DNA of 64,000 nucleotides. Origin: Candidatus Poribacteria bacterium (GTDB lineage Bacteria > Poribacteria > WGA-4E > WGA-3G). Within the stretch, counting starts at the first letter, position 1. The number at the start of each line of letters is the position of its first letter. Shown piece by piece: positions 61,114 to 64,000 of this stretch. The stretch covers positions 448,001 to 512,000 of the forward strand of contig CBDANF010000002.1 in the NCBI GenBank assembly GCA_965197475.1, in the 5' to 3' direction. Both the position numbers and the translations under genes were made by a program. Under the pieces are notes generated by a model that had not been told where the DNA came from, ran no database searches, and worked only from the letters and a program-made list of their open reading frames with translations.

Positions 61114-62463
61114 ATGCAAAACGAACCACTTCCTATTGTCGCTATTGTCGGCAGACCCAATGTAGGGAAATCATCTCTCTTCAATCGTATTACGGCAGAT
61201 GCGCGACCGAGTTCAGAACGTCCGAAGCAGATTGCTGTCGTCAATGATCAACCCGGTGTAACACGAGATCGAAACTATGCAAATGTGAAGTGGGACAAAA
61301 CACCATTTACAATTGTGGATACCGGCGGCATGGACGTTGACCCTGAGGATCCACTTATTGATAACGTCCAACTTCAGATTGATCAGGCATTAGCAGAGGC
61401 AACACTCGTTCTATTTCTCGTTGATGTCCGCACTGGCATTATGCCGCATGATACTATGGTGGCAGATAAACTTCGTGCGTCTGGAAAACCTATCCTTCTT
61501 GTTGCCAATAAAGCAGACAGTACCAGCCTTGAAATGGACACGGCGGAATTTTACGCACTTGGATTGGAAGAACCTGTTTTGACCTCGTGCGTACAGAACG
61601 TAGGTATCCGCCATCTCCTGGATAAAGTAGTAGAGGTACTTCCAGAGACCGAAGATACCGCAGAAGATAAAACAGCACCCATCAAAATCTCGATTGTTGG
61701 TCGTCCGAACGTTGGAAAATCATCACTGCTTAATTCTCTTCTCGGTGAAGAACGTATGATTGTAGACAACCGTCCAGGCACGACACGGGATGCGGTCAAT
61801 ATCCGATTTGTCTATCAAAATATCCCTTTTGAACTTGTTGACACCGCAGGAATGCGCCGAAAGTCTGCAATAAAAGATGAATTGGAATCGAAAACTGTTC
61901 AACGTGCAGTTCACAGCATCCGCCAGAGCGACATTGCTGCGTTGATATTGGACGTTACAAACGAGGTGGCGCAGCAAGACAAAACAATCGCGAGTTTCAT
62001 TGCACGCAACGGTAAAGCATCTGTGCTGGTTTTAAATAAGTGGGATCTCATTGAGAAGGATAACACAACACATCCTGAATTTATGTCGCAAATTGCAGCC
62101 CAGGTTCCGCAGTTAGACTATGTTCCAAGAATTTTTGTCTCTGCTTTGACGGGACAGCGCGTTTCGAAAATTCTTGATGTTGCACTTGATGTTCATCGCG
62201 AGTATTGCACTCGCATTCCGACCCCCGCTCTCAATGAACTGTTGTTGGAATTGCGGACTTCACATCCGCCCCCGCGTGTAAAAGGCACACGGCCTGCCCT
62301 TAAATATATTACACAGGTAGAAACGCAACCACCGACTTTTCTGATTTTTGGTCGAAATACGCACAGAGTGCGCCCTCCTTATACCGCATATTTGGTTAAC
62401 AATATCCGCAGTGCCTTTGGATTTCACGGAACGCCAATCCGTATATTTTATCGGAGAAATTAA
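61114..62463 (+). CDS. der: Ribosome biogenesis GTPase Der (EngA)
   Basis: Two [11 protein letters not shown]-domains, DTGG/DTAG, NKAD/NKWD, C-terminal FGF.GTPI. Confidence 0.97.
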   Translation: MQNEPLPIVAIVGRPNVGKSSLFNRITADARPSSERPKQIAVVNDQPGVTRDRNYANVKWDKTPFTIVDTGGMDVDPEDPLIDNVQLQIDQALAEATLVLFLVDVRTGIMPHDTMVADKLRASGKPILLVANKADSTSLEMDTAEFYALGLEEPVLTSCVQNVGIRHLLDKVVEVLPETEDTAEDKTAPIKISIVGRPNVGKSSLLNSLLGEERMIVDNRPGTTRDAVNIRFVYQNIPFELVDTAGMRRKSAIKDELESKTVQRAVHSIRQSDIAALILDVTNEVAQQDKTIASFIARNGKASVLVLNKWDLIEKDNTTHPEFMSQIAAQVPQLDYVPRIFVSALTGQRVSKILDVALDVHREYCTRIPTPALNELLLELRTSHPPPRVKGTRPALKYITQVETQPPTFLIFGRNTHRVRPPYTAYLVNNIRSAFGFHGTPIRIFYRRN

Positions 62464-62493
62464 TCCTAACATTGTTGATATCGTAGTGCCAAT

Positions 62494-62562
62494 AACTATA
62501 GCACGAGGTCTCTGTGCCTCGGAAATTCCCGACAACTGTAGTGCGAGTCTCTATGCCTCACG
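62494..62562 (+). repeat. Two degenerate direct REP-like units
   Basis: aactatagcacgaggtctctgtgcctcgg and aactgtagtgcgagtctctatgcctcacg. Confidence 0.5.
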
Positions 62563-62592
62563 ATTGCTATTTTAATCCAAAAATCCTAACCT

Positions 62593-63582
62593 ATGAGGCA
62601 TTCCATGGCAGCCCCAAAAATCTTTATCACTCGCCCCATTCCCGAACCCGTCCTCGTAAAAATACAAGCTGAATGTGACGTTGACATGTGGCATACAAGT
62701 GCTATTTTACCGCCTATCGCTGAAAAAATACCGCCACTTGATGGATTGATGACTTACGGGCATGAACCAGTCACAGATGTGATGTTCGACACCGCGCCCG
62801 CCCTTAAGGTTGTCTCTGTTGTTGGTGTCGGTTATGACCATGTCAATGTAGATGCAGCCAGAGAACGTAGCATCACGCTTGGACATACCCCCGGTGTACT
62901 CAGCGACACAACTGCTGATATGACATGGGCACTCCTCCTTGCTGCTGCACGGAATATTGTGCCAGCATATAACCACGTTCAGGTTAACAAGCAGTGGCAC
63001 TACTACGACCCAAACATCCTTTGGGGATATGATGTACATCACGCAACGATCGGGATTGTTGGCATGGGACGGATCGGATATGCTGTCGCAAAACGCGCTT
63101 TGGGGTTTGACATGAAGGTGCTTTATTACAAACGCGAGCGTAGACCCGATTGGGAAGAAGACCTTGGCATTGAATACGCTGAACTGGAACATATCCTTAA
63201 GGTTTCCGATTTTGTAACGCTTCATGTCCCTTTGACGGAAGAGACGACTCACATGATCGGCAAAGCCGAGCTTGAATTGATGAAATCTACCGCTATCCTC
63301 GTCAATATCGCCAGAGGTCCTGTTGTTGATCACGATGCATTATATGAAGCACTCACGGAAGGACAGATTGCTGGTGCCGCGCTGGACGTAACCGAACCTG
63401 AGCCGATTAATACTGATCATCCGCTTCTTGGTTTAGATAACTTACTCATTGCGCCACATCTGGGTAGTGCTACCATTCAAACGCGTATGAAAATGGCAAC
63501 GATGGCAATGGAAAATCTATTTGCTGGGTTGAAGGGAGAACGGTTGCCTTATGGGGTGTTGCAGCCATATGGGGTTTCGTAA
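62593..63582 (+). CDS. D-glycerate dehydrogenase/glyoxylate reductase (D-2-hydroxyacid dehydrogenase family)
   Basis: VGYDH, TPGVL...TAD, GIVGMGRIG, NIARG, LDVTEPEP, PHLGSA. Confidence 0.92.
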   Translation: MRHSMAAPKIFITRPIPEPVLVKIQAECDVDMWHTSAILPPIAEKIPPLDGLMTYGHEPVTDVMFDTAPALKVVSVVGVGYDHVNVDAARERSITLGHTPGVLSDTTADMTWALLLAAARNIVPAYNHVQVNKQWHYYDPNILWGYDVHHATIGIVGMGRIGYAVAKRALGFDMKVLYYKRERRPDWEEDLGIEYAELEHILKVSDFVTLHVPLTEETTHMIGKAELELMKSTAILVNIARGPVVDHDALYEALTEGQIAGAALDVTEPEPINTDHPLLGLDNLLIAPHLGSATIQTRMKMATMAMENLFAGLKGERLPYGVLQPYGVS

Positions 63583-63643
63583 TATAAAGGTTTAGACTTT
63601 AATTTGAGATTCAGATAATAATTTACATATTTTTCAAGAAAAC

Positions 63644-63672
63644 TTGACAATTCACAAATAGCATATTATAAT
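63644..63672 (+). promoter_or_regulatory. Perfect consensus sigma70 promoter
   Basis: TTGACA-N17-TATAAT in AT-rich context. Confidence 0.75.
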
Positions 63673-64000
63673 TAAACAATAAAATAAATTGCGAAGAAAA
63701 AACGAACGGTTTGCAACTAAAATAAGAATATTGGGTATATTAATTTACATCAACAATTATGTCGTTGAGTACGTACACAAGTTGAATATTTTGCTAATGT
63801 AATTAAAACCATTGCCTAAATTGAAGTGCTACCGTTTATTCAGACCAAAATTTAGCAAAGTTAAGACAAGTTTTTTTGCTCAAATTCCACAGGTGTCAAA
63901 TACCCTAACGCAGAGTGAGGGCGTTTGTGATTATACACTTGTGTAATAAAATGCCCAATGCGGGTTCTTGCTTCGTGGATGTCCTCATAGTCATTGAGAT

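Noticed and set aside
63781-63809. CRISPR-like repeat GTTGAAT...ATTAAAAC after an AT-rich leader
   Set aside because: Single copy, no spacer periodicity, no cas genes
63895-63935. IS200/IS605 or omega-RNA (IscB) left end suggested by GTCAAATACCC
   Set aside because: The downstream GTTGACCAG-type continuation is missing and no tnpB/iscB is visible in the window

Overview
Bacterial genomic window. The FlgD-Ig/'LLQNFPNPFNPETWIPF' C-terminal domains on WD40 proteins, the LRR lipoprotein, the AAA/PD-(D/E)XK protein and the dense REP/MITE load suggest Candidatus Poribacteria or a relative (inference, not verified). 1-14 kb is an accessory surface-protein region. It holds a partial large Asp-rich lipoprotein missed by the ORF track, two frameshifted tandem WD40+FlgD-CTD paralogues with sigma54 promoters and enhancer-like palindromes, an IS with a 5-bp TSD, an LRR lipoprotein, and a MITE-disrupted ABC-ATPase/DUF4276-like/PIN operon. 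14-26 kb has metabolic genes and a type I R-M operon with toxin-antitoxin and DUF2806 cargo between the hsd genes. 26-40 kb is an envelope-biogenesis cluster (mfd, two parvulin PPIases, surA, and an LptD with parvulin domains grafted into its barrel). 40-44 kb is a nested pile of IS/MITE elements that truncates a TonB-dependent receptor. 44-64 kb is mostly housekeeping (lipid kinase, TrmJ-type methyltransferase, spermidine synthase fusion, aspS, DAACS and AI-2E transporters, der, 2-hydroxyacid dehydrogenase), and several of these proteins carry large in-frame inserted domains. The strongest novelty candidates are the LptD-parvulin chimera, the 77-aa domain in the AspRS anticodon-binding loop, the propeller-containing AI-2E transporter, and several unrelated MITE families that each carry REP hairpins. 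No rRNA, tRNA or CRISPR array was seen. All family assignments come from motif recognition by eye, without database searches.
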